A DNA stretch of 64,000 bases from Octopus vulgaris. Its lineage: Eukaryota. Below, piece by piece: positions 53,494-64,000 of the stretch. The notes beneath the pieces were generated by a model. That model ran no database searches. It was not told where the DNA came from and saw only the letters and a program-made list of their open reading frames with translations. A program made the position numbers and the translations under genes. Location: assembly GCA_951406725.2 (NCBI GenBank), contig OX597818.1:61690001-61754000 (forward strand), given 5' to 3'. Position 1 is the first letter of the stretch. Each line of letters begins with the position of its first letter.

Positions 53494-54496
53494 TAGTGAG
53501 AAGCTTGCATCCCAATCACATGGTTTTGGGTTCAAACCCACTGTGTGGTATCTTGAGCAAGTATCTCTACTATAGCCTTGGGCTAGCCGAAAGCCTTGTG
53601 AGTGGATTTAGTAAAGAAAAACTGAAAGAAGCCCTACTTGTGTGTATGTGTGAATAGAAAACGAAGTTCAGATTGAACCCATTTCAGTACAAAAATGGTT
53701 TTCGAGCAGTAGTATATACATCCAAAATGTGATCAATATTACTGCAGATAAAAAAGTAAAACATTATACCATTGCAGATATAGAAGTATACGTAGGTGTG
53801 TGCATATGTGAATACACAAAAATTCTAGAATAAAGCTGCATGTTTCATATTTAGTATATTTTTTTTTCTCCCAGCTAACATTTTTATAATCATATGAGAA
53901 TACAGCTGCCTATATTTGTGTAGTTTTCACTTGTAAATAATTTTGTTGTTTATTCAAATAAATTACAACTATTAAACTCTGTTTATTCCAGCTTACTGCC
54001 ATCCTGACTATAATCTTCTACCACATTTATGACTGACAGCAGACATGTTGACAAATGATAGAAAAATTCTCTTTTATTAATAGTCAACAAATTAGCGAGA
54101 TTGTTTATCTCTATGATACACCAGATAAAAATCAGTGAAAAAGAACAAAAAAAAACAAAACAACTTTTTGTGAAAGTGAATTCTGCAATAGATATGTGAT
54201 GTGTGTAGTGACATCTGTCATTAAAATATCTAGTTTATAAAAACAACAAAAATTAGACAGAAACAAAGATAAGGAAACAAAAGTACGACTTTTATGACAG
54301 CAATTTAAAACAATTAGAAGCCATGGAGTCATATAAGCAATATCTATTTGAGCAACTATCTATGGTAAAGCAAATCTATCTCATGATATTATTAGGTACA
54401 GTATGGGGATAAAAATGCAATCTTTTATGTTGCAGGAACCAATGTGGTTTCTCTACCAACTAGAAATAGCAGCCAAACTTTCCTCAAATCACATAG

Positions 54497-54799
54497 ATTT
54501 ATTTACATTCGATGCACATTTGTCCTCATTTTGTTTGTTGTTAACACAGCGTTTCAGCTGATATACCCTCCAGCCTTCATCAGGTGTCTTGGGAAAATTT
54601 CAAACCTGGGTTCTCATTCCTAAGGTATTTTACGATGTTGTTGTTGTCATTATTATTATCATTATTATCATTATTATTATTATTATTATCATCATTCAGG
54701 CCAGCCAAAACGTTGTGTTAACAACAAACAAGATGAGGAGAAATATCTGTCAAACGTAAACAATGTGCATAATTCCTCATCTCTCAAATATAGAACTGT
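54497..54799. mobile_element. HHR-carrying SINE copy, 5'-truncated with an inverted 3' segment and 9-bp flanking direct repeats
   Basis: Homologous to 63651-63972. Diverged inverted arms at ~54501-54560 and ~54702-54762. ATCACATAG at 54488-96 and 54800-08 is a probable target-site duplication. Confidence 0.75.
54543..54588 (-). ncRNA. Minimal hammerhead ribozyme motif (this copy mutated)
   Basis: The - strand reads gacac-CTGATGA-a-ggctg gagggtatat cagct-GAAAC-gct-gtgtt. The inverted copy at 54702 (cagccaaaacgttgtgtt) implies an ancestral cagcc-GAAAC-GTT. Confidence 0.7.
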
Positions 54800-56227
54800 A
54801 TCACATAGCTTTATGTTTTACTTGTTTCAGTGAATAGACCGTGGCCATGCTGGGGTAATGCCTTTGATGCCTGGAAAGGGTTTTAGTTGGACAAACTTAT
54901 TTAAGTCTGGTATTGGTGTTGGGTTAGAGTAAAAGATTCCTGCTCACTGTCCCATGCAGTGGAAGACTGAATCCATAAAAAAGAACCTGGATATGACAAG
55001 TTGGTCACAGCTGGAATGTCTTTGAAAATAGTCCTGCTCAATTAGGATTGCCTTAGTTCTAAAGAATAATGACAAAAACGTCAATCTTAAGGTTTATAAG
55101 TTTGGTTTTATGGATCTTTAAACCATCTTCTCTCTCGACACCCGAAGCATTCTAACAAGCTGAAAATTAGATGCTTTCGTCTTTTCATGTCTCAAGAAGC
55201 TGATAATATTTGAAATTTCATGTACAACATGCACAAAAGGCCAAAACTGTATAAAAGGAAGTGTACAGCCAAGATATTCCAAAGTCGAAATTGAATTTGA
55301 AATATATGATTTCTGCGCATCATTCTAACCTTCTTCTCTTGAAGACGTGATTTATAACGCAGAACTTCACTCAAAAGTTTGAGAAATAAAGAAGAGACAA
55401 ATAACAAACTTGAAAGAAAGAAATGACCTGGTGTGAGGTGATAAACTCATCCCAGGTTTTAAAAGCTGCAGAAATATTTCAGCTACATGTTTTAAATAAC
55501 TAACACATACGTATATATTTTAACAATACAGTCTAGAGTTATATGAAATTCACAAGAAGGAAATATATTCTCATCCAATATATTTATTTCTTTTTCATCT
55601 TCCACATCAAATTTATTTCAAGGAGGTTTTGAGAATCATTAATATTTGATATTTTAAAAGATGCTAGACAGTTGAGTGTTGGCCATATTTAATTCTGTCT
55701 CTTCCAATTCTGTGTTTAAATCCCAATAGAGCGTTTCCTTTTTTTCCCCTCTCTCTCTCTCTTTCTCTTTCACTCACTCGCTGGTAGAATAAGCACCAGC
55801 AATACAGTCGAAATTGATTCATTCAACTTATAGTTCTTCTGTAATAGAATTCACCTGGTGCCTTTAAATGGAATCAATATTTCATATTTTGGCCCGGAAG
55901 TAGATTGACCATAATGTGGCAGGGGAGAAAATATATCAAATGGTAAAAGTGAGAGAATATGAATGGAATGTTTCTGCTGGTGAATGAAAGGAGGAAGAAC
56001 GGGGAATCATTATCCATCAGCATCGGTCGGAATCCCTAAAAGAGGATATATGGCTGACTGTACATTCGTAGATATCTATACCATCTGGTTAATAAATATA
56101 AAGCATACACCATGCAAGGGTTCTGGAGCCAGAACAGGGTAGTAGTAGTAGTAGTAGTAGTAAGTAGTAGCAGAAGTAGTGGTAGTAGTAACAAAAGTAG
56201 TAGTGGTGGTGGTGGTGGTAGTAGTAA

Positions 56228-56258
<31 letters not shown>

Positions 56259-57146
56259 GGTGGTGGTGGTGGTAGTAATAGTAGTAGGAATTGGTTGGGA
56301 ATTTACAGAGGGCCCCTAGAGTTAAACAGAAAGTGGCATGGATAAAGGGGGCGATGCTGGCATCTGTTGTTTTCTAGTCTACCCCCTAAACTGTCTGTAA
56401 TCTCTATTCTCACTGGACCTTGAAAAATATGTTTTCTCTTCTCTGTTCACTTTTTAAAGCTTCACTTGATGGTTATACCTTCTTTAGGAACCATTAAAAA
56501 TAATTTTTTAACTATAAAAATGAAGTAAAATTAAATAAGCCAAACCAGATCAAAGCTGTTCCTGGAAAAAAAAACAAAGGAATACAGAATACTTGTGTGG
56601 TCTTGTTACCCAACACAGTAGCTTTGGGGTTCGATTCTGGTCAATGGAACTAATAACATTCACTGATCAGTTTCTGTGAATTTCAATATGAAAATGTCTA
56701 TGAAGTCACTTGTTTTGCTAGAAATAGCAGTAAAATCTCCCTTAAATCACACTGCTATCTTAAAAATGGAAGTAGTCACTGGATAAAGGTCTTCTCCAAG
56801 ATAAAATGTTTGAATTGGTGAAACAGGATAGCCATGGCCAGAATGTCTCTGAACATAGGTCCACTCGGCCAGGGTCTGCATGGACAAAACACCACCATGT
56901 CATTTAGTTAAGAATTCCCTTTTATTACATTTGTAGAAATATTTTCAACAGCAGCATGTATGCAGGTGCTGCAATTAAATATCTTCTACAATCTTAATAC
57001 TTGAAGAAGTAGAAAACTAATTAAACAGACAATGTAACAATTAATTTTTAATGGAAAAAAACCCCCTCCTCCAAAACAATCAGTCACCTGGGTACATGCT
57101 ACAATAACCAATCTAACCAATCTATAAGAAATGCTGTGAGGATTCC

Positions 57147-57446
57147 TTGTTCCTTCTCAAGCCATGCATGGCTCATAAAGGCCGGTTTCCTGGTTTCATT
57201 GGTGCAACAGTACCCCACCTGGATGGGAAGCTAGTCCATTACAGGTGAGCTGCTAGATGCAGGAGGAAAGAGTGAGAGAAAGTTGTAGCGAAAGAGTCAG
57301 CAGAAGTTCGCCATTACTTTCTGCCAGAGCAGTGTGGAGATTAGGCGTTTCTCTCATAAACACACATATCGCCAGGTCTGAGATTCAAACCCGCAGTCCC
57401 TCGACCATGAGTCCACTGCTCTAACCTCTACGCAATGTGCCTCCAT
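57147..57446 (-). mobile_element. tRNA-derived SINE family D
   Basis: Collinear with 44105-44406. Confidence 0.8.
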
Positions 57447-58904
57447 GTGCAGTGAGGATTATTCTTAATCAAACACCACAACTTTATTAAATTTTCTTTC
57501 CACTTCTATTTAGACTTCAAACAGACCAAAGAATCTGACTTTTAAATCAAACTAGCTTTCAAAAGTAGCATCTCAAATAATTAGGTCTTTCTAAATGTGA
57601 TACAAGGCCAGCAATTTTGTGAGGCATGAATTAGTAGATAATAATAAGGTCTTTCTAAACTTGGCACAAGGCCAGCAATTTTGTAAGCAATGATTTAGCA
57701 GATTATATCAACTCCTGTGCTCAGCTGGTTCTTTATTCTATCAACTCTGAGAGACTAAAAACTTAGGTCAACCTTTGCGGGATTTGAACCTAAAACGCAA
57801 AGAGTCAGAAGAAATGCTGCTAAGGCATTTTGTCCAAGGAGCTGACTATTTTGCTATCTTAATGCTAATAATAATAATTCTTCCTACAAAAGGCACAAGG
57901 CTTGAAATTTTGGGTGAGGGGGCAAATCCCTCCCTACCCAAGTGGTATTTATTTTATTGCTTCCAAAGTGAAGAAAGGCAAAGCTGACCTCAGCGCAATT
58001 TGAACTCAGACAGAATGCCACTTACCATTTTGTCTGGCATGCCAATGGTTTTGTCAGCTCATCACGTAAATATTAATATTAATATTAATAATAATAATAA
58101 TATAATAATAATGATGATGATGATGATGATAATGATAATCTTAGTTTTAATATTGTCTTAAATTTGGTAACAAGACAAAACTATATCCTTTGTCATACGA
58201 CCGAACATTGATAAAAGTCCCCCACTAATTAATGTGTGAACTAAAATCTTTCATGAAAAAGTCAGCAGAAAGGTCATATCCACCAACAATTGATATGGAT
58301 GCGATAATGGATGTGACAATTATCAACTGTATGAATGTATGTATGCTTGTGTGCATCTATATATATATACATACATACATATGTATGCACAAACGTGCGT
58401 ACACATACCCACACACACACACGCACACTTATACGTATATATGAAATTTATTATTGAGGAGTCTTTCAAGTCATTATAAATGCTGCCAAGAAATGTGATA
58501 GCACCAATTAAACTAATGAAAGTATATAAATCTTATCTAATAATAATGGCAGAGAAAGGTTTGGAAAGATAAAAAGAAAAGTTAATTTAAGTATGGACAT
58601 GATAAGATTAAGAATATCTGAGAATAATTAGATATATTTCCAAAGATAAATTGTTTTGTGCTCAAAGGAGAAATAGACAACACAAGCAATAAATAAAAAT
58701 ATGCATGTAGAAATATATATACACACATATATATAGATGCTCATATTCATACATACATACATACATACATACATACATACATACATACGTACGTACATAC
58801 ATACATACGTACGTACATACATAGATGCATATATACATACAGAGTGTATTTAGATATATATGAGTGAAGATGGATGTATGCTTGTGTGTGTGTATGTATA
58901 TATG

Positions 58905-58942
<38 letters not shown>

Positions 58943-59040
58943 CGCACATGAACACATACATATGTATGTGTGTGTGTGAGTGCATGCGCATGTGTCCACG
59001 TGTATACATACATATGCTTAGTGCGTGGGAGTATACATGT

Positions 59041-59076
<36 letters not shown>

Positions 59077-59256
59077 ACATGTATATATGTATATATATAT
59101 ATCATCATCATCATCATCACGTTAAACGATGATGATGATGATGATGATGATATATATATATATATACATCCATAAGTGTGTGTATGTGTGTGTATGAGTG
59201 CACATGCATGTGTACATATATGTTTGTGTGTTAGAGTATACATGTATGTGCATGCA

Positions 59257-59321
<65 letters not shown>

Positions 59322-59738
59322 TAAGCAAATTCTCAAAGAAAAATAACTTAAAAAATATTATTTCATTAAAATATCTTCATGAAACACTAATTTGGGGTTA
59401 ATGAAATAGCGATTCATTTTATTTCTTTCATTAATGTTTACAAATCCATTTTCGACATGACCAATAGATAAAAATCAATCTATACAGTGAAACACTTGAT
59501 TGAAATAGTGATAGACTGATTTTACAGTAAGTTGCTCATGCTTGACCCTTATATATATGGATAATGTTTAACGCCTCAGTGGGTTTGACTTGTAACCTAC
59601 TTTCACTTAATGGTGTGAAGTGGTTTGCATTGCTACATTGTTGCTTTCAGCTTGATCTCAATTGGCAAGACCACAGGCTAGTGTCTTCCGCTCCAGCTTT
59701 GGATCAATGAATGCCTTGTAAGAAGGAGCAAAGAAGGA

Positions 59739-59770
<32 letters not shown>

Positions 59771-59772
<2 letters not shown>

Positions 59773-60398
59773 TCTTTTACTCTTTTACTTGTTTTGGTCA
59801 TTTGACTGTGCCATGCTGGAGCACCGCCTTTAGTCAAGCAACAAGACCCCGGGACTTATTCTTTTTTGTAAGCCCAGTACTTATTCTATCGGTCTCTTTT
59901 TGCCGAACCGCTAAGTTACAGGGACGTAAACACACCAGCATTGGTTGTCAAGTGATGTTGGGGGGACAAATACAGGACACACAAACATATACACACATAT
60001 ACATAAATATATAACGGGAAGCTTTATGAAAATAAACAAAAGACGAAGGCAGGTGGAATATAAACAAACAATTGTATTAGTATGGCGCTCAGGAATAGAA
60101 ATAGAAAAGGTCTTTTACGTTTCGAGCCTACGCTCTTCAACAGAAAGATACACAGAAAAGAAACACGGAGAGAAACAAGGAGAGAAAAAAAATGCGTGCA
60201 GGAGCTAACGATTCAACATGGCGTATATATGTATATACGAAGGGCTTCTTTCAGTTTCTGTCTACCAGATCCACTCTCAAGGCTTTGCTCAGCCTGAGTC
60301 TATAGTAGAAGACACTTGCCCAAGGTGCCACGCAGTGGGAATGAACCTGGAACCATGTGGTTGGTAATACAAACTACTTACCACACAGCTACTCATGC
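59771..60398 (-). mobile_element. SINE family A interrupted by an HHR element
   Basis: Both halves flank 60013-60223. Confidence 0.85.
60013..60223 (-). mobile_element. Penelope-like terminal-repeat fragment with a minimal HHR, inserted in the TA tract of a SINE
   Basis: Foreign ~210 bp in the central TA tract of the SINE at 59771-60398. The - strand at 60111-60148 reads tcttt-CTGTTGA-a-gagc gtag gctc-GAAAC-GTA-aaaga. Confidence 0.65.
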
Positions 60399-60440
<42 letters not shown>

Positions 60441-60675
60441 ATCTCTAATAGCAAAATATGAGCTCCTCTAGGAAATTACATACCACAGACAAGAAGCCTT
60501 TTTACCCATTCTACACAACAAATTCCTTGGATAAGGGAACAGCAACCTCAACATCCAGCATATATCTTTACTTTTATTTTCTTATTTCCCTTTATACTTC
60601 CTATATCTCTCCCTTTCCGAAATAACTTCTTATATTGAATTCTGCTACTTCCTTCTATTCAATCCTCTCATATAA

Positions 60676-60722
60676 TCTCTGATGATGGGATATGTTTTAT
60701 ATCCCTTGAAACAGCTGTAAGG
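60676..60722 (+). ncRNA. Degenerate type I hammerhead ribozyme motif
   Basis: tct-CTGATGA-t-gggatat gtttt atatccc-tt-GAAAC-agct-GTA-agg: 7-bp stem II, palindromic stem III acagctgt, eroded stem I. It lies in a ~360-bp segment next to (TA)n at 60405-60437. Confidence 0.6.
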
Positions 60723-60800
60723 CAACCCTCCTCTTTATAAAATGTCCTAGAAATTTCACACTGTCTTAGCTTTGTTATCTCATTTTATTTAACCTATATA

Positions 60801-61240
60801 TCATCATTGTTTAACACCCACTTTCCATGCTAGCGTGGGTTGGACAATTTGACTGACGAACAGTGAACCAGATGGCTGCACCAGGCTCCAACCGCTAGAT
60901 GCTCTTCCTAACGCAAACCACTCCAAGAGTGTAGTGGGTGCTTTCACATGCCACTGGCACGAGGGCCAGTCAGGCGGGACTGGCAACGGCCAACTCAATT
61001 GGTGCTTTTTACATGCCACCTTCACAAAAGCCAGTCCAGCGGCACTGGCAACGACCTCACTCGAATGCTTTTCACATGACACTGGCACAAGTGCAGTATG
61101 GTGAAGCTGGTAACAATCAAGTTTGAATGGTACTTTTTATGTGCCACAGGGACAGAAAGCCTGGCAACAATTACGGTGCTGGCAACGATCATACTCGGAT
61201 GGTGATCTTAGCAGGCAGCGATCATGCTCGGATGGTGGTC
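60801..61240 (-). mobile_element. Repeat family C
   Basis: Homology, including several ~50-60-bp sub-repeats. Confidence 0.75.
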
Positions 61241-61241
61241 T

Positions 61242-61272
<31 letters not shown>

Positions 61273-61521
61273 ATAGACTTAAATGTAACTCTGTCATAAG
61301 CTCTAGAGCTCATAAGGTCAGCGCTAAACCCACTGTCCATCATGTATCAGTAACTGAGATTTAAGTCAGAGTCAAGGTATAGGAACAAGGATCAAATAAC
61401 CATAAGCAGCAAATTTCTACCTCGCTGTAGTGGAAGCACAACCAGCAGCAGAATGGATGAGAATGAGTAACAGCAGGAACCGTAATCCTGTAGCGATGGA
61501 ATCAACTGTGTCCTCTCTCTC

Positions 61522-61920
61522 TTTACTCTTTTACCCTTTTACTTGTTACAGTCAGTTGACTGCGGCCATGCTGGAGCACCGGAGTTAATCGAGCAACTCG
61601 ACCCCGGGACTTATTCTTTTGTAAGCCCAGTACTTATTCTATCGATCTCTTTTGCCGAACCGCTAAGTAACGGGGACATAAACACACCAGCATCGGTTGT
61701 CAAGCAATGCTAGGGGGACAAACACAGACACACAAACACACATATATTTCTATATACATATATACGACGGGCTTCTTTCAGTTTCCGTCTACCAAATCCA
61801 CTCACAAGGCATTGGTCGGCCCGGGGCTATAGCAGAAGACACTTGCCCAAGATGCCACGCAGTGGGACTGAACCCGGAACAATGTGGTTGGTTAGCAAGC
61901 TACTTACCACACAGTCACTC
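61522..61920 (-). mobile_element. SINE family A
   Basis: Full-length homology. Confidence 0.85.
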
Positions 61921-62242
61921 ACTGCTGATAAAAGAACTGATAAAAGAGGTTTTCAATTGTTAATTGAGTTTCTGCGTTTTGGTAAATTTTTATACCTTGA
62001 GGAGAAAAGGACCAAGCATTTGGGACTAAGCTCTCAGCTAAGAGAAAAAGTAAAGATATCCTTTTTGATTTTTTTTGTTCAAGTACTTTCTTCTCACAGA
62101 CAAAGAGTCGGAACCAAAACACACCAGTTACCTCCTCTTGTCATCACCACATACAAACTTATCCAATCTCATTTACTACAGTTCCTACAGATGCAGACCA
62201 CTACCAGTTTACTGGGAAGCTTTTTGTCTTATTCTTTTAAAT

Positions 62243-62373
62243 TGCTGCTACGACTACTACTACTACTACTACTACAACTACTACTGCTGCTGCTACTACT
62301 ACTACTACTAGTAATGCTACTATTACTACTACAACTACTAATGCTGCTGCTACTACTACTACTACTACTACTT

Positions 62374-62469
<96 letters not shown>

Positions 62470-62514
62470 ATGCTACTATTACTACTACAACTACTAATGC
62501 TGCCGCTGCTACTT

Positions 62515-62555
<41 letters not shown>

Positions 62556-62593
62556 GCTACTACTACTACTACTGATGCTGCTGCTGATGCTAG
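62243..62593. repeat. (CTA)n/(GTA)n trinucleotide tract with an internal strand switch
   Basis: (cta)n to 62427, (gta)n to 62469, then (cta)n again. Confidence 0.95.
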
Positions 62594-62792
62594 TAAGAAG
62601 ACGATCAATATTTTTCTTCCTTAGCACCTGTAAATCTCATAGAACAATTCACGATTTTCCAGAATTCGATCAACCGATAATCTGTTTCTAATAACAAAGT
62701 ATAAAGATAAATTGCTGGTGTTTGAAACATGATATTTCAGTCAGATGTTGAAGATTTTTCAAAGAGATTATAGAAAACAGTTAGTTGTTTGC

Positions 62793-62850
<58 letters not shown>

Positions 62851-63163
62851 ATGCGCTTAGGATGATGAGAGAGAAAAATAAAAGATAAAATAAGGAAATT
62901 AGCAGCAAGCTGATTTGGATTCGAAAATAATCTGAGAAAACAAATACATGGCATGGCCATATGCTTGAGAAATTCACTTGCCAATCAAAGGGTTCTGGTT
63001 TCAATCCTCCTTCATTTCACATTGTAATCATGAGAACAATCAAATGTAAAAGATATAACATTAGTTAATAAAAATAGGTTTTAGCCACTCAAGATTATAC
63101 CAAGGAGAAGAATTGCCAAGAATCTGAAGAAAAACGCAATATTTTGTTTCAAAGGATGTTTCT

Positions 63164-63362
63164 TATTTCTTTACTGCCCACAAGGGGCTACACACAGAGG
63201 AGACAAAACAAGGACAGACAAATGCAGTAAGTCGATTACATTGACCCCAGTGCGTAACTGGTACTTATTTAATCTGTCTCATTAGCCGAACCTCTAAGTT
63301 ATGGGGACGTAAACACACCTACATCAGTTGTCAAGCAATGGTGGGGGAACAAACACAGACAA

Positions 63363-63405
<43 letters not shown>

Positions 63406-63532
63406 TATATACAATGGTCTTCTTTCAGTTTTCATCTACCAAATCCACCCACAAGGCTTTGGTTGGCCCGAACGCAGTGGGACTGAACCCAGAACCATGT
63501 GGTTGGTAAGCAAGCTACTTACCACACTGCCT
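63164..63532 (-). mobile_element. Chimeric SINE (family A head and body with a family B tail)
   Basis: Switches between families at the shared gtacttatt motif near 63262-63275. Confidence 0.65.
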
Positions 63533-63650
63533 CCGTTCACTTTATTTTCAATTAATCATTCATTATCTTTTTGCTTTGAGATTTTGATGACATGCCTGTT
63601 TATTTCTAGTATGACATCGTAGCGAAGGTGTGAGAGGCTGGATCTGGCCA

Positions 63651-63972
63651 TACAGTTCTATATTTGAGAGATGAGGAATTATGTACATTTTTTTACATCT
63701 GACGGATATTTGCCCTCATCTATGAGGCTAATGTACTCATAGATGTACTCTCCAGCCTTCATTTATGAAGGCTGGAGATGAAGGCTAATGTACTCTCCAG
63801 CCTTCATCAGGTGTCTTGAGGAAATTTCGAACCTGGGTTCTCATTGCTAAGGTATTTTTCTGATGCTGTTGTTATTATTATTATTCTTATTATTTGGGTC
63901 ACTGCCTGGAATTGAACTCGGAATCTTGGGGTTAGTGGCCCGCACTTTTAACCACTAAGCCATATGTCTGTG
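63651..63972 (-). mobile_element. tRNA-headed SINE with an (AAT)n linker and a rearranged hammerhead remnant
   Basis: A-box tggcttagtgg (63952-62) and B-box gagttcaattcc (63908-19) on the - strand, then (AAT)n, then gacacCTGATGAaggctgg. The 3' tail matches 54760-54800. It sits inside a MITE-like sequence. Confidence 0.7.
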
Positions 63973-64000
63973 GTCAGTTTGAATATAAAACAAGTAGAAT

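Noticed and set aside
60076-60088. tattagtatggcg shared with the 13 kb HHR element (13392)
   Set aside because: Only 13 nt, and in the opposite orientation relative to the ribozymes.
61843-62691. Longest ORF (282 aa)
   Set aside because: It starts in an antisense SINE and runs through (CTA)n/(GTA)n, giving poly-Leu/Val; a stop-free artefact.

Overview
This is AT-rich, microsatellite-saturated eukaryotic non-coding DNA. The tRNA-derived SINEs, CR1/RTE LINE tails and (TA)n/(CA)n/(AAT)n density suggest an octopus (coleoid cephalopod) intron or intergenic region; that assignment is inference. I find no intact host gene: nearly all listed ORFs are microsatellite or SINE artefacts, and the only real coding remnants are four 3'-terminal LINE fragments. 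The standout signal is a cluster of type I hammerhead ribozyme (HHR) motifs in five unrelated sequence families, most inserted in or beside (TA)n tracts. The best case is a young ~1.6 kb insertion (14246-15854) built from a 484-bp, highly structured, HHR-containing unit. Its tandem copies fold into a 739-bp-arm palindrome with four intact HHRs, like a retrozyme or non-autonomous Penelope-like element with a predicted 484-nt self-cleaved, possibly circular, RNA. The other families are a minimal U3-A8 HHR inside an 83-bp inverted repeat (13.0-13.4 kb), a tRNA-headed SINE carrying an HHR (54.5 and 63.7 kb), and two more HHR inserts at 60.0-60.8 kb. All structures were read by eye; none were computed.
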